A DNA stretch of 64,000 bases, taken from the NCBI GenBank assembly GCA_032718475.1, contig JAUCBJ010009109.1, forward strand, positions 1-64,000. Reading direction: 5' to 3'. This stretch comes from Nemertoderma westbladi. Taxonomy: Eukaryota; Animalia; Xenacoelomorpha. Below, one piece after another: positions 13,301-24,822 of the stretch. The translations under genes and the position numbers were made by a program. Positions within the stretch are counted from its first letter, which is position 1. Every line of letters starts with the position of its first letter. The notes below the pieces were generated by a model. That model saw only the letters and a program-made list of their open reading frames with translations, had not been told where the DNA came from and did no database searches.

Positions 13301-15975
13301 CATACTAATGGACAGGTTTATCAGCTGATCGCAGGTGGACACCACACATACTAATGTACAGGTTTATCAGCTGATCGCAGGTGGACACCACACATACTAA
13401 TGTACAGGTTTATCAGCTGATCGCAGGTGGACACCACACATACTAATGGACAGGTTTATCAGCTGATCGCAGGTGGACACCACACATACTAATGTACAGG
13501 TTTATCAGCTGATCGCAGGTGGACACCACACATACTAATGGACAGGTTGATCAGCTGATCGCAGGTGGACACCACACATACTAATGTACAGGTTTATCAG
13601 CTGATCGCAGGTGGACACCACACATACTAATGGACAGGTTTATCAGCTGTTTTATCACAAATCGCAGGTGGACACCACACATACTAATGTACAGGTTTAT
13701 CAGCTGATCGCAGGTGGACACCACACATACTAATGTACAGGTTTATCAGCTGATCGCAGGTGGACACCACACATACTAATGTACAGGTTTATCAGCTGTT
13801 TTATCACAAATCGCAGGTGGACACCACACATACTAATGGACAGGTTTATCAGCTGATCGCAGGTGGACACCACACATACTAATGGACAGGTTTATCAGCT
13901 GATCGCAGGTGGACACCACACATACTAATGTACAGGTTTATCAGCTGATCGCAGGTGGACACCACACATACTAATGGATAGGTTTATCAGCTGATCGCAG
14001 GTGGACACCACACATACTAATGTACAGGTTTATCAGCTGATCGCAGGTGGACACCACACATACTAATGTACAGGTTTATCAGCTGATCGCAGGTGGACAC
14101 CACACATACTAATGTACAGGTTTATCAGCTGATCGCAGGTGGACACCACACATACTAATGTACAGGTTTATCAGCTGATCGCAGGTGGACATCACACATA
14201 CTAATGTACAGGTTTATCAGCTGATCGCAGGTGGACATCACACATACTAATGGACAGGTTTATCAGCTGATCGCAGGTGGACACCACACATACTAATGTA
14301 CAGGTTTATCAGCTGATCGCAGGTGGACACCACACATACTAATGTACAGGTTTATCAGCTGATCGCAGGTGGACACCACACATACTAATGTACAGGTTTA
14401 TCAGCTGATCGCAGGTGGACACCACACATACTAATGTACAGGTTTATCAGCTGATCGCAGGTGGACACCACACATACTAATGTACAGGTTTATCAGCTGA
14501 TCGCAGGTGGACACCACACATACTAATGTACAGGTTTATCAGCTGATCGCAGGTGGACACCACACATACTAATGTACAGGTTTATCAGCTGATCGCAAGT
14601 GGACACCACACATACTAATGTACAGGTTTATCAGCTGATCGCAGGTGGACACCACACATACTAATGTACAGGTTTATCAGCTGATCGCAGGTGGACACCA
14701 CACATACTAATGTACAGGTTTATCAGCTGATCGCAGGTGGACACCACACATACTAATGTACAGGTTTATCAGCTGATCGCAGGTGGACACCACACATACT
14801 AATGTACAGGTTTATCAGCTGATCGCAGGTGGACACCACACATACTAATGTACAGGTTTATCAGCTGATCGCAGGTGGACACCACACATACTAATGTACA
14901 GGTTTATCAGCTGATCGCAGGTGGACACCACACATACTAATGTACAGGTTTATCAGCTGTTTTATCACAAATCGCAGGTGGACACCACACATACTAATGT
15001 ACAGGTTTATCAGCTGATCGCAGGTGGACACCACACATACTAATGTACAGGTTTATCAGCTGATCGCAGGTGGACACCACACATACTAATGTACAGGTTT
15101 ATCAGCTGATCGCAGGTGGACACCACACATACTAATGGACAGGTTTATCAGCTGTTTTATCACAAATCGCAGGTGGACACCACGCATACTAATGTACTGG
15201 TTTATCAGCTGATCGCAGGTGGACACCACACATACTAATGTACAGGTTTATCAGCTGATCGCAGGTGGACACCACACATACTAATGGACAGGTTTATCAG
15301 CTGTTTTATCACAAATCGCAGGTGGACACCACACATACTAATGTACAGGTTTATCAGCTGATCGCAGGTGGACACCACAGATACTAATGTACAGGTTTAT
15401 CAGCTGATCGCAGGTGGACACCACACATACTAATGTACAGGTTTATCAGCTGATCGCAGGTGGACACCACACATACTAATGTACAGGTTTATCAGCTGAT
15501 CGCAGGTGGACACCACACATACTAATGTACAGGTTTATCAGCTGATCACAGGTGGACACCACACATACTAATGTACAGGTTTATCAGCTGATCGCAGGTG
15601 GACACCACACATACTAATGGACAGGTTGATCAGCTGATCGCAGGTGGACACCACACATACTAATGTACAGGTTTATCAGCTGATCGCAGGTGGACACCGC
15701 ACATACTAATGTACAGGTTTATCAGCTGATCGCAGATGGACACCACACATACTAATGTACAGGTTTATCAGCTGATCGCAGGTGGACACCACACATACTA
15801 ATGGACAGGTTGATCAGCTGATCGCAGGTGGACACCACACATACTAATGTACAGGTTTATCAGCTGATCGCAGGTGGACACCACACATACTAATGTACAG
15901 GTTTATCAGCTGATCGCAGGTGGACACCACACATACTAATGGACAGGTTTATCAGCTGTTTTATCGCAAATCGCA
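4315..15975. repeat. 46-bp satellite array (~11.6 kb, ~250 copies, with 57-bp variant) filling intron 1 of the TM gene
   Basis: Unit cgcaggtggacaccacacatactaatgtacaggtttatcagctgat; variant with 11-bp insert ttttatcacaa; 2550-bp higher-order periodicity. Confidence 0.99.
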
Positions 15976-16257
15976 TGGGTTTCTTGATTATCAAAAATAG
16001 ATTGCCTCGTTTTTTTCGAATTTGTGGGCACCTCATCACCATTTCGGTAAAATGATTACTGTCGGACGGAGCAGTGAGCTTATCATACACTCACTGGTCA
16101 TCAATGTTCATTATTTTATGTTAATAATAATATTTTAGATTTCTGTATTCTATGAAATTGTTTGATGTTAACAGATTAAAATCAAAAATTCACAATTTAA
16201 AAATTATAACTGCCTTCACCGACCCTTATTATAAAGCGATACTAAAAAGTAGTTGTT

Positions 16258-16347
16258 GCGTCCAGCATGAACGTGTGTGGTCAGGTTGCTATGGCGCTGC
16301 GTTCAGCTTCAACGTGTGGTCAGGTTGCTACGGCGCTGCGTCCAGCT
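16258..16347. repeat. Short ~41-bp direct duplication (2-2.5 copies)
   Basis: cgtgtggtcaggttgctayggcgctgcgtycagc is repeated. Confidence 0.8.
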
Positions 16348-16441
16348 ATTCTCATCCAGATCACTATAACTTCGTCGTTTTATATATAAACACAAATTTG
16401 TTGGTTGTCCGTACATTTGCATATTATTTGATTCTATGCAG

Positions 16442-16643
16442 GTATACTTTCTGACAGTGTATTGGGCCAATCCTGTACGACTTTAAACGATTGCCCGTTT
16501 GATCCAGCGCTATATTTTTGCTGCTACGATCACAATACTTGCTGTTCTTTGGCGGAATCAGTAAATACGCAGAAAAGCTGCGTATCAAATAGTGATTGTG
16601 AACTGGTTGCAAGTAACCTTTATTGCTGCAGCGATACAACAAA
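16442..16643 (+). CDS. Exon 2 of Cys-rich TM protein: first six-Cys module and most of the second
   Basis: ctatgcag| acceptor, AA|gtgagt donor; ILSDSVLGQSCTTLNDCPFDPALYFCCYDHNTCCSLAESVNTQKSCVSNSDCELVASNLYCCSDTTK. Confidence 0.85.
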
Positions 16644-16828
16644 GTGAGTCATGCATAAGTTTTCCTGTTGTGTAATAATTGATTTTAATAATGTAATTAT
16701 ACTCGTTTGCTTTGCCCCAAGTTCAACCATTTCAATCATTTATAATTGCAACAGAACTAATTAATTTCGATAGAACTGAACTGACGAGCAGCATAATTAA
16801 AATAGAAATGAACAATTATATTTTGCAG

Positions 16829-16912
16829 GTGTTGCAGAACCAGCAGCTCTTCTTCCAATGACCCATCTATTAGTATCGGCCCATATATTAGTTCAACTGC
16901 AACCGGAATTGG
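16829..16912 (+). CDS. Exon 3 of Cys-rich TM protein (final CC plus Ser/Thr-rich stalk)
   Basis: ttttgcag| acceptor, GG|gttagt donor, phase 2-2; CCRTSSSSSNDPSISIGPYISSTATGIG. Confidence 0.85.
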
Positions 16913-17116
16913 GTTAGTTTGTATTGTTTTGTATTAGGGATTGGAGACTTATGAGGTACACAAAAACAAAATATCTGGCATACGCTGTACGGATCAATCC
17001 GATCTACTTCTTTGTCACGGTTGCGGTCGTTGACCTCCTGTACTTTCCCCGAAAGGTTTTTTATTTTTTTCAGAATACTGTTTTCTAAAATAGAACCTTT
17101 TGTTTTTTGTTGCTAG

Positions 17117-17307
17117 GGTAACAGCGATGGTGTTCGCGATTTTGGTGCCCAGTCTATGTTGCTGCGGTTGTTTGGTTGCGGTTATCTGTATCGCTAAGGG
17201 TTCGAATAAGGCGGTTAAACGGAACACACCGGTTGGTGTAACACCTACTGCGGGACAGGGTAGTGGGGTGAGAAGTTCCCAATCCCAGTTTAACCAGAAG
17301 CCTCCAG
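17117..17307 (+). CDS. Exon 4 of Cys-rich TM protein (TM helix with Cys cluster, basic juxtamembrane segment)
   Basis: ttgttgctag| acceptor, CCAG|gtacac donor; VTAMVFAILVPSLCCCGCLVAVICIAKGSNKAVKR...KPPG. Confidence 0.85.
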
Positions 17308-17309
17308 GT

Positions 17310-19606
17310 ACACACTCACTAGCAACATATAGTACGGTAGGCAGTAGTCAGTGTTACACACTCAGTAGCAACATATAGTACGGTAGGCAGTAGTCAGTGT
17401 TACACACTCAGTAGCAACATATAGTACGGTAGGCAGTAGTCAGTGTTACACACTCAGTAGCAACATATAGTACGGTAGGCAGTAGTCAGTGTTACACACT
17501 CAGTAGCAACATATAGTACGGTAGGCAGTAGTCAGTGTTACACACTCAGTAGCAACATATAGTACGGTAGGCAGTAGTCAGTGTAACACACTCAGTAGCA
17601 ACATATAGTACGGTAGGCAGTAGTCAGTGTTACACACTCAGTAGTAACATATAGTACGGTAGGCAGTAGTCAGTGTTACACACTCAGTAGCAACATATAG
17701 TACGGTAGGCAGTAGTCAGTGTTACACACTCAGTAGCAACATATAGTACGGTAGGCAGTAGTCAGTGTTACACACTCAGTAGCAACACGTAGTACGGTAG
17801 GCAGTAGTCAGTGTTACACACTCAGTAGCAACATATAGTACGGTAGGCAGTAGTCAGTGTTACACACTCAGTAGCAACATATAGTACGGTAGGCAGTAGT
17901 CAGTGTTACACACTCAGTAGCAACACGTAGTACGGTAGGCAGTAGTCAGTGTTACACACTCAGTAGCAACATATAGTACGGTAGGCAGTAGTCAGTGTTA
18001 CACACTCAGTAGCAACATATAGTACGGTAGGCAGTAGTCAGTGTTACACACTCAGTAGCAACATATAGTACGGTAGGCAGTAGTCAGTGTTACACACTCA
18101 GTAGCAACATATAGTACGGTAGGCAGTAGTCAGTGTTACACACTCAGTAGCAACACGTAGTACGGTAGGCAGTAGTCAGTGTTACACACTCAGTAGCAAC
18201 ATATAGTACGGTAGGCAGTAGTCAGTGTAACACACTCAGTAGCAACATATAGTACGGTAGGCAGTAGTCAGTGTTACACACTCAGTAGCAACATATAGTA
18301 CGGTAGGCAGTAGTCAGTGTTACACACTCAGTAGCAACATATAGTACGGTAGGCAGTAGTCAGTGTAACACACTCAGTAGCAACATATAGTACGGTAGGC
18401 AGTAGTCAGTGTTACACACTCAGTAGCAACATATAGTACGGTAGGCAGTAGTCAGTGTTACACACTCAGTAGCAACATATAGTACGGTAGGCAGTAGTCA
18501 GTGTAACACACTCAGTAGCAACATATAGTACGGTAGGCAATAGTCAGTGTTACACACTCAGTAGCAACATATAGTACGGTAGGCAGTAGTCAGTGTTACA
18601 CACTCAGTAGCAACATATAGTACGGTAGGCAGTAGTCAGTGTTACACACTCAGAAGCAACATATAGTACGGTAGGCAGTAGTCAGTGTTACACACTCAGT
18701 AGCAACATATAGTACGGTAGGCAGTAGTCAGTGTTACACACTCAGTAGCAACATATAGTACGGTAGGCAGTAGTCAGTGTTACACACTCAGTAGCAACAC
18801 GTAGTACGGTAGGCAGTAGTCAGTGTTACACACTCAGTAGCAACATATAGTACGGTAGGCAGTAGTCAGTGTTACACACTCAGTAGCAACATATAGTACG
18901 GTAGGCAGTAGTCAGTGTTACACACTCAGTAGCAACATATAGTACGGTAGGCAGTAGTCAGTGTAACACACTCAGTAGCAACATATAGTACGGTAGGCAG
19001 TAGTCAGTGTTACACACTCAGTAGCAACATATAGTACGGTAGGCAGTAGTCAGTGTTACACACTCAGTAGCAACATATAGTACGGTAGGCAGTAGTCAGT
19101 GTTACACACTCAGTAGCAACATATAGTACGGTAGGCAGTAGTCAGTGTTACACACTCAGTAGCAACATATAGTACGGTAGGCAGTAGTCAGTGTTACACA
19201 CTCAGTAGCAACACGTAGTACGGTAGGCAGTAGTCAGTGTTACACACTCAGTAGCAACATATAGTACGGTAGGCAGTAGTCAGTGTTACACACTCAGTAG
19301 CAACATATAGTACGGTATGCAGTAGTCAGTGTTACACACTCAGTAGCAACATATAGTACGGTAGGCAGTAGTCAGTGTTACACACTCAGTAGCAACATAT
19401 AGTACGGTAGGCAGTAGTCAGTGTTACACACTCAGTAGCAACACGTAGTACGGTAGGCAGTAGTCAGTGTTACACACTCAGTAGCAACATATAGTACGGT
19501 AGGCAGTAGTCAGTGTTACACTCTCAGTAGCAACATATAGTACGGTAGGCAGTAGTCAGTGTTACACACTCAGTAGCAACATATAATACGGTAGGCAGTA
19601 GTCAGT
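17310..19606. repeat. 46-bp minisatellite array (~50 copies) starting immediately after the exon 4 donor
   Basis: Unit gtagcaacatatagtacggtaggcagtagtcagtgttacacactca. Confidence 0.98.
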
Positions 19607-19617
19607 ATGCAAACGGC

Positions 19618-21115
19618 ATGGATCCATAGCAACGCATTGGATCCATAACAACGCAATGGATCCGAAGTAACGCATTGGATCCATAGCAACGCATTAGATC
19701 CATAGCAACGCATTGGATCCATAGCAACGCAATGGATCCGAAGTAATGCATTGGATCCATAGCAAGGCATTGGATCCGAAGTAACACCTTGGATCCATAG
19801 CAACGCATTAGATCCATAGCAACGCATTGGATCCATAACAACGCAATGGATCCGAAGTAACGCATTGGATCCATAGCAACGCATTAGATCCATAGCAACG
19901 CATTGGATCCATAGCAACGCAATGGATCCGAAGTAACGCATTGGATCCATAGCAAGGCATTGGATCCGAAGCAACGCATTGGATCCATAGCAACGCATTG
20001 GATCCATAGCAACGCATTGTATCCGAAGCAACACATTGGATCCATAGCAACGCATTGGATCCGAAGCAACGCATTGGATCCATAGCAACGCATTGGGTCC
20101 ATAGCAACGCATTGGATCCGAAGCAACACATTGGATCTATAGCAACGCATTGGATCCGAAGCAACGCATTGGATCCGAAGCAACGCATTGGATCTATAGC
20201 AACGCATTGGATCCGAAGCAACGCCGAAGCAACGCATTGGATCCATAGCAACGCATTGGATCCATAGCAACCCATTAGATCCAAAGCAACGCATTGGATC
20301 CGAAGCAACGCATTGGATCCGAAGCAACGCATTGGATCCATAGCAACCAATTGGATCCATAGCAACGCATTGGATCCGAAGCAACGCCTTGGATCCATAG
20401 CAACGCATTGGATCCATAGCAACCCATTAGATCCAAAGCAACGCATTGGATCCAAAGCAACGCATTGGATCCGAAGCAACGCATTGGATCCGAAGCAACG
20501 CATTGGATCCATAGCAACGCATTGGATCCACAGCAACGCATTGGATCCGAAGTAACACATTGGATCCATAGCAACCCATTGGATCCATAGCAACGCATTG
20601 GATCCGAAGCAACACATTGGATCTATAGCAACGCATTGGATCCGAAGCAACGCATTGGATCCGAAGCAACGCATTGGGTCCATAGCAACGCATTGGATCC
20701 GAAGCAACACATTGGATCTATAGCAACGCATTGGATCCGAAGCAACGCATTGGATCCGAAGCAACGCATTGGATCCATAGCAACGCATTGGATCCATAGC
20801 AACCCATTAGATCCAAAGCAACGCATTGGATCCGAAGCAACGCATTGGATCCGAAGCAACGCATTGGATCCATAGCAACGCATTGGATCCATAGCAACGC
20901 ATTGGATCCGAAGCAACGCATTGGATCCATAGCAACGCATTGGATCCATAGCAACCCATTAGATCCAAAGCAACGCATTGGATCCGAAGCAACGCATTGG
21001 ATCCGAAGCAACGCATTGGATCCATAGCAACGCATTGGATCCATAGCAACGCATTGGATCCGAAGCAACGCATTGGATCCGAAGCAACGCATGGGATCCA
21101 TGTGAGTGGATCCAT
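19618..21115. repeat. 19-bp minisatellite array (~78 copies, two main variants)
   Basis: Unit tggatcc(at/ga)agcaacgcat, with a GGATCC palindrome in most units. Confidence 0.98.
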
Positions 21116-21221
21116 AAAAAATAAGGAAGTGGGGGTTACATTTCGACCTATGTTAGAGGCAACTTAAAGACTGTCTGTTCAATAGAGATGGAATAGATGA
21201 GAGCGAGTGGGGATGAGAGGG

Positions 21222-21252
21222 GATGAGACCCAGTAAGGTCGAAACGCGTACG
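21222..21252 (+). ncRNA. Degenerate, 5'-damaged minimal hammerhead ribozyme motif
   Basis: gatga-gacc-cagtaa-ggtc-gaaa-cgcg-ta: stem II and GAAA are intact and stem III is palindromic, but the CU of CUGAUGA and stem I are missing. Confidence 0.5.
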
Positions 21253-21448
21253 TGGTTTGGAGAGATATGAGATATTAATTTCATGAAAAATTACGCGATT
21301 CCTAAATTTGTACACTACCCGGTTAAAAAGTACGCATGTGATGGGATTAGTCCTACAATTGCGCCAATAAAAGATAAGTTATTTTCGGTAAAATAAACTT
21401 ATCAATCGAGGATAAGACCCCTAAATCCCTTCCTATAATAAAATGTAT

Positions 21449-21556
21449 ATGTCACACAAGTGGCTGAACTGGTTAGCGCTATTGATGAGGCCTGATAGGC
21501 CGAAATGTACGTATAGCCCTGGTTCAACCCCCCGGTGACATGCTACCTAATTTTTT
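21449..21556 (+). ncRNA. tRNA-like Pol III element (SINE/retrozyme-like) with embedded type I hammerhead ribozyme fold
   Basis: atgtcac/gtgacat terminal stem; A box TGGCTGAACTGG (21461); gcta-ttgatga-ggcc-tgata-ggcc-gaaa-tgtacg-ta-tagc; B box GGTTCAACCCC (21521); T6 run at 21551. Confidence 0.7.
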
Positions 21557-21779
21557 GCATTTCTAAACAAAACCATAACATTACATCATTATTAGAAAGA
21601 AAGGTAAAGATGTTAAAGCTGGGAGATTAAATATTAAAGATGTTGAAGGCCGACACCCGCTGGTAAAGTTCCGTAATAGAACCGTAATGAAAGATGACCT
21701 GTTGAATTTTTCAAATTATTTTCCTGCAAATTTTTCTGATTTTGTCCCACCACTATTCTCGATTTTTTCTGTTACCTAG

Positions 21780-22021
21780 GTGCTACCGGAACCGCAGCCC
21801 AACCATATAACATATCATCGTCGTTTGGAGCCTCGCCACCTTCCCAGACATTGAATCCGAATCTCTACCCACCGACACGTCTACCCCAATGGTACGGACA
21901 GCCGGTGAGCGAACTACCTCCCCCGCCCGCGTACGGAGCTAGGGATGGTACCGGCATGCCCCCACCGCCCCCACCTGGGTTCATAGATCAGGGGAATCCG
22001 CCGACCTATTGGTCACAGTGA
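21780..22021 (+). CDS. Exon 5 (last) of Cys-rich TM protein: Pro-rich cytoplasmic tail with PPAY and PPTY motifs
   Basis: ttttttctgttacctag| acceptor, phase 1, open to TGA at 22019-22021; ...ELPPPPAYGARDGTGMPPPPPPGFIDQGNPPTYWSQ*. The five exons sum to 759 nt = 252 aa plus stop. Confidence 0.85.
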
Positions 22022-22659
22022 AACGTTCTAGAACATTATGTGACTAATCTTATCGGTCGCAGTGAAACTATTCCGGGACATTCTGAGACTGATATATTCC
22101 ATTATTGGAATTGCTAACATTACTTAAACTTTTTAAATTTTAATTTTAATTTTTTTAACTATTTTTTTGTTCAGACGATTTTCAGTTATCGATATATCAA
22201 TTGTCAATTATCAAACCCTGACATCCAACCATTCTTACTAATTGTAATTACAACTTGGCGTGTTAAATTATAAGCACCAAATACCCTGTCACTAAAATAC
22301 AATATGCAAAGGGGGTAAATCTCTTTATTTCCCGTTGTAATTTTCAACTCTTCAATATTATTAAAATGAATAATTATTCAAATTAAATTATATAATAAGT
22401 AGTTAAAATGTTTATAAATAATATTTAGAAACTATAGAGAATATTTACTGGTATTATTTAATTTATCGGATTGTAAAAAAAGCAGTGAAATACGCCATAA
22501 TAATAATAATTTTAGAATGGCCTATAAGCTACACGACTTACTAACGACATAATGTTGTATTGATTATAACATAGTTTAATATTCAATATACAGTAAATAT
22601 TATTTAGACTAAGACTCAAACGGGGATCCTAAAGCCGAGAATATCTGGATCCCGATCAA

Positions 22660-23345
22660 TGACCTACTATAGATACGACCCGCCAAGCTGCTGCACAGCC
22701 CCTAAATTTAGTGGGCCAGTTATTTCTCTTAGATAGAACCCCTTAAACAATAGGACTAGCGCGTCAAAAGTACTCGTCCCGAACTAAAATTATGTCCTCT
22801 TTCATATGAGACAAATAAAAATGTAATATCTCCAGTAGTTTTCGAGATGTAGGGGGTTCCGGGCACCCATTTCTGCACCTTTCGGAAATCCAATAAAATT
22901 ACTCAAAATACACCTCTAAAGACTTTGGTATAGCCAACTATATTATTATTTTTTTGAGTGTTGAATTTATTATTAATAATAATTTTGTGTCTATTATAAA
23001 TCGATGTTTTGTCTAAATCTCACTTTCGATTGTTAAAAATGAATCAACACACCAAACAATAATAGTTGGCTATACCATTAGTGTATTTGAGTAATTTAAT
23101 TTCATTTCCGAATAAATGGTGCTGAAATAGAACCCAATATATCTGGAAAACTACTGGATCTATTAAAATTATATTTGTCTCGTCTGAAAGAAAACATAAT
23201 TTTAGTTATAGACGAGTACTTTCGACGCGCCTGACATATTGTTTAAGGGGTTCTATCTAAGAGAAATAACTGGCCCACTAAGTTTAGGATTCAGTGGGAT
23301 CGAGACAATAATTAAATCGGCTGATATCTATAGTTAGTTAGGTCA
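22660..23345. mobile_element. Foldback/MITE-like element with long imperfect terminal inverted repeats
   Basis: cctaaatttagtgggccagttatttctcttagatagaacccc (22701) is mirrored at 23247-23288. Inverted similarity continues inward to ggtatagccaacta/tagttggctatacc (about 250 bp per arm) and weakly outward. No ORF; TSD not resolved. Confidence 0.8.
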
Positions 23346-23571
23346 GAAATATAAATAGCAAAGTGGATTTGTTGAATATCCGATTAAAAGTTGCCCCAGA
23401 ACGTATCGAAATAAGTTGCCCTAACCCGTTTCAGACATAAACAGCAAAATAATCAACTGAAAATTTAACCCAAAATTAACCAAACCGGAAAGTCATTAAG
23501 TTTAGAGACGCCAGTTTATAATAATTTAAAGTCATTTAGTCAACGAGATAAAAATATGAGTGAAAAATATA

Positions 23572-23829
23572 TTAGCGATACTCGGATTGGCACAATAGAA
23601 CGGCACAAGATCTTTTAGCGATACTCGGATTGGCACAATAGAACGGCACAAGATCTTTTAGCGATACTCGGATTGGCACAATAGAACGGCACAAGATCTT
23701 TTAGCGATACTCGGATTGGCACAATAGAACGGCACAAGATCTTTTAGCGATACTCAGATTGGCACAATAGAACGGCACAAGATCTTTTAGCGATACTCAG
23801 ATTGGCACAATAGAACGGCACAAGATCTT
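23572..23829. repeat. 43-bp tandem repeat, 6 copies
   Basis: Unit ttagcgatactcggattggcacaatagaacggcacaagatctt. Confidence 0.97.
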
Positions 23830-24822
23830 ATAAACAACTCGACTAATTCCGCTAACTACCGCTAATGCGGTAATACTAGAGCTGATCAGCTAATCTTATT
23901 TACAACAAAAATACATGAACATTTTAAAAATAATAAATCCATTATTATTATTATTATATACAAATTATTTAAACAGCCCGATTATTAATCCCGATTATTT
24001 AATCTTAATTACATCATAATGGATAACAACAGAATTCAAATAAAAATTTAGCTCAATAAATTATATTAAAACTAAATTTATTATCAATCTTTGATTGCAG
24101 TTATTATAATATTATTATTGTGGTTAATACAAAATCTCATAATTATTATGACATAATATTTATGATACAAAAAAAGACGGTACAAGACCTGTAGGGTAAA
24201 TTTGGCGCTGTTTCCGAAAATAGCAAAATATTCCATAATTTTGGGTTGTGGTCTTGTTTGGTGTCAAAAGTTGTGCAGCACCAAAATTACAAATTTTGGG
24301 TGAAAATTACAAATATTTCCATAACTCGATAACGAAACAACTTATCGAGAAGCTGTCGGAATCAACATCTTAACATCAGAAAACACATTAAAAAACTGTC
24401 GAAAAAAAAACGATATGATGATAAAATAGTTGCGAAAGTGAAACTAAAATTTATTTATTTAAACATTATCACTGTAATATAAAATGTCGAACATCGACCC
24501 CCACTTGATACCATATTGTTAACCATTTCATATTACAGATGAACATAATTATTATCTAGACCTCAAAATATTTATTGGTAAATCAATAATTAATTACTTA
24601 TAAATCAATCGAAGTAAATAAATTGCAAATCCAGTTACATATAGTGAATCAAATTAAACGAAAAAACCTACACTTTGTAAATAATTTGTGCAAAATGCAA
24701 GAAAAATATAGGCAGCAAACTAATTAGAGCTAATGTGGAAAAAAACATTGAAAAATATCTATACAAAAATGAAAAATTAAAATAAAATTGTAAGAGAAAA
24801 ATCGAACAAGTCGAAACGAAGT

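Noticed and set aside
983-15975. Common origin of the first two 46-bp arrays (shared acacc..acacat.cta)
   Set aside because: Similarity is limited to a short AC-rich stretch and the remainder does not align convincingly.
19570-21115. Overlapping ORFs on both strands
   Set aside because: 19-bp repeat artefact.
21449-21541. Functional tRNA gene
   Set aside because: No anticodon arm (replaced by the hammerhead fold) and a weak T stem; recorded instead as a tRNA-like element.
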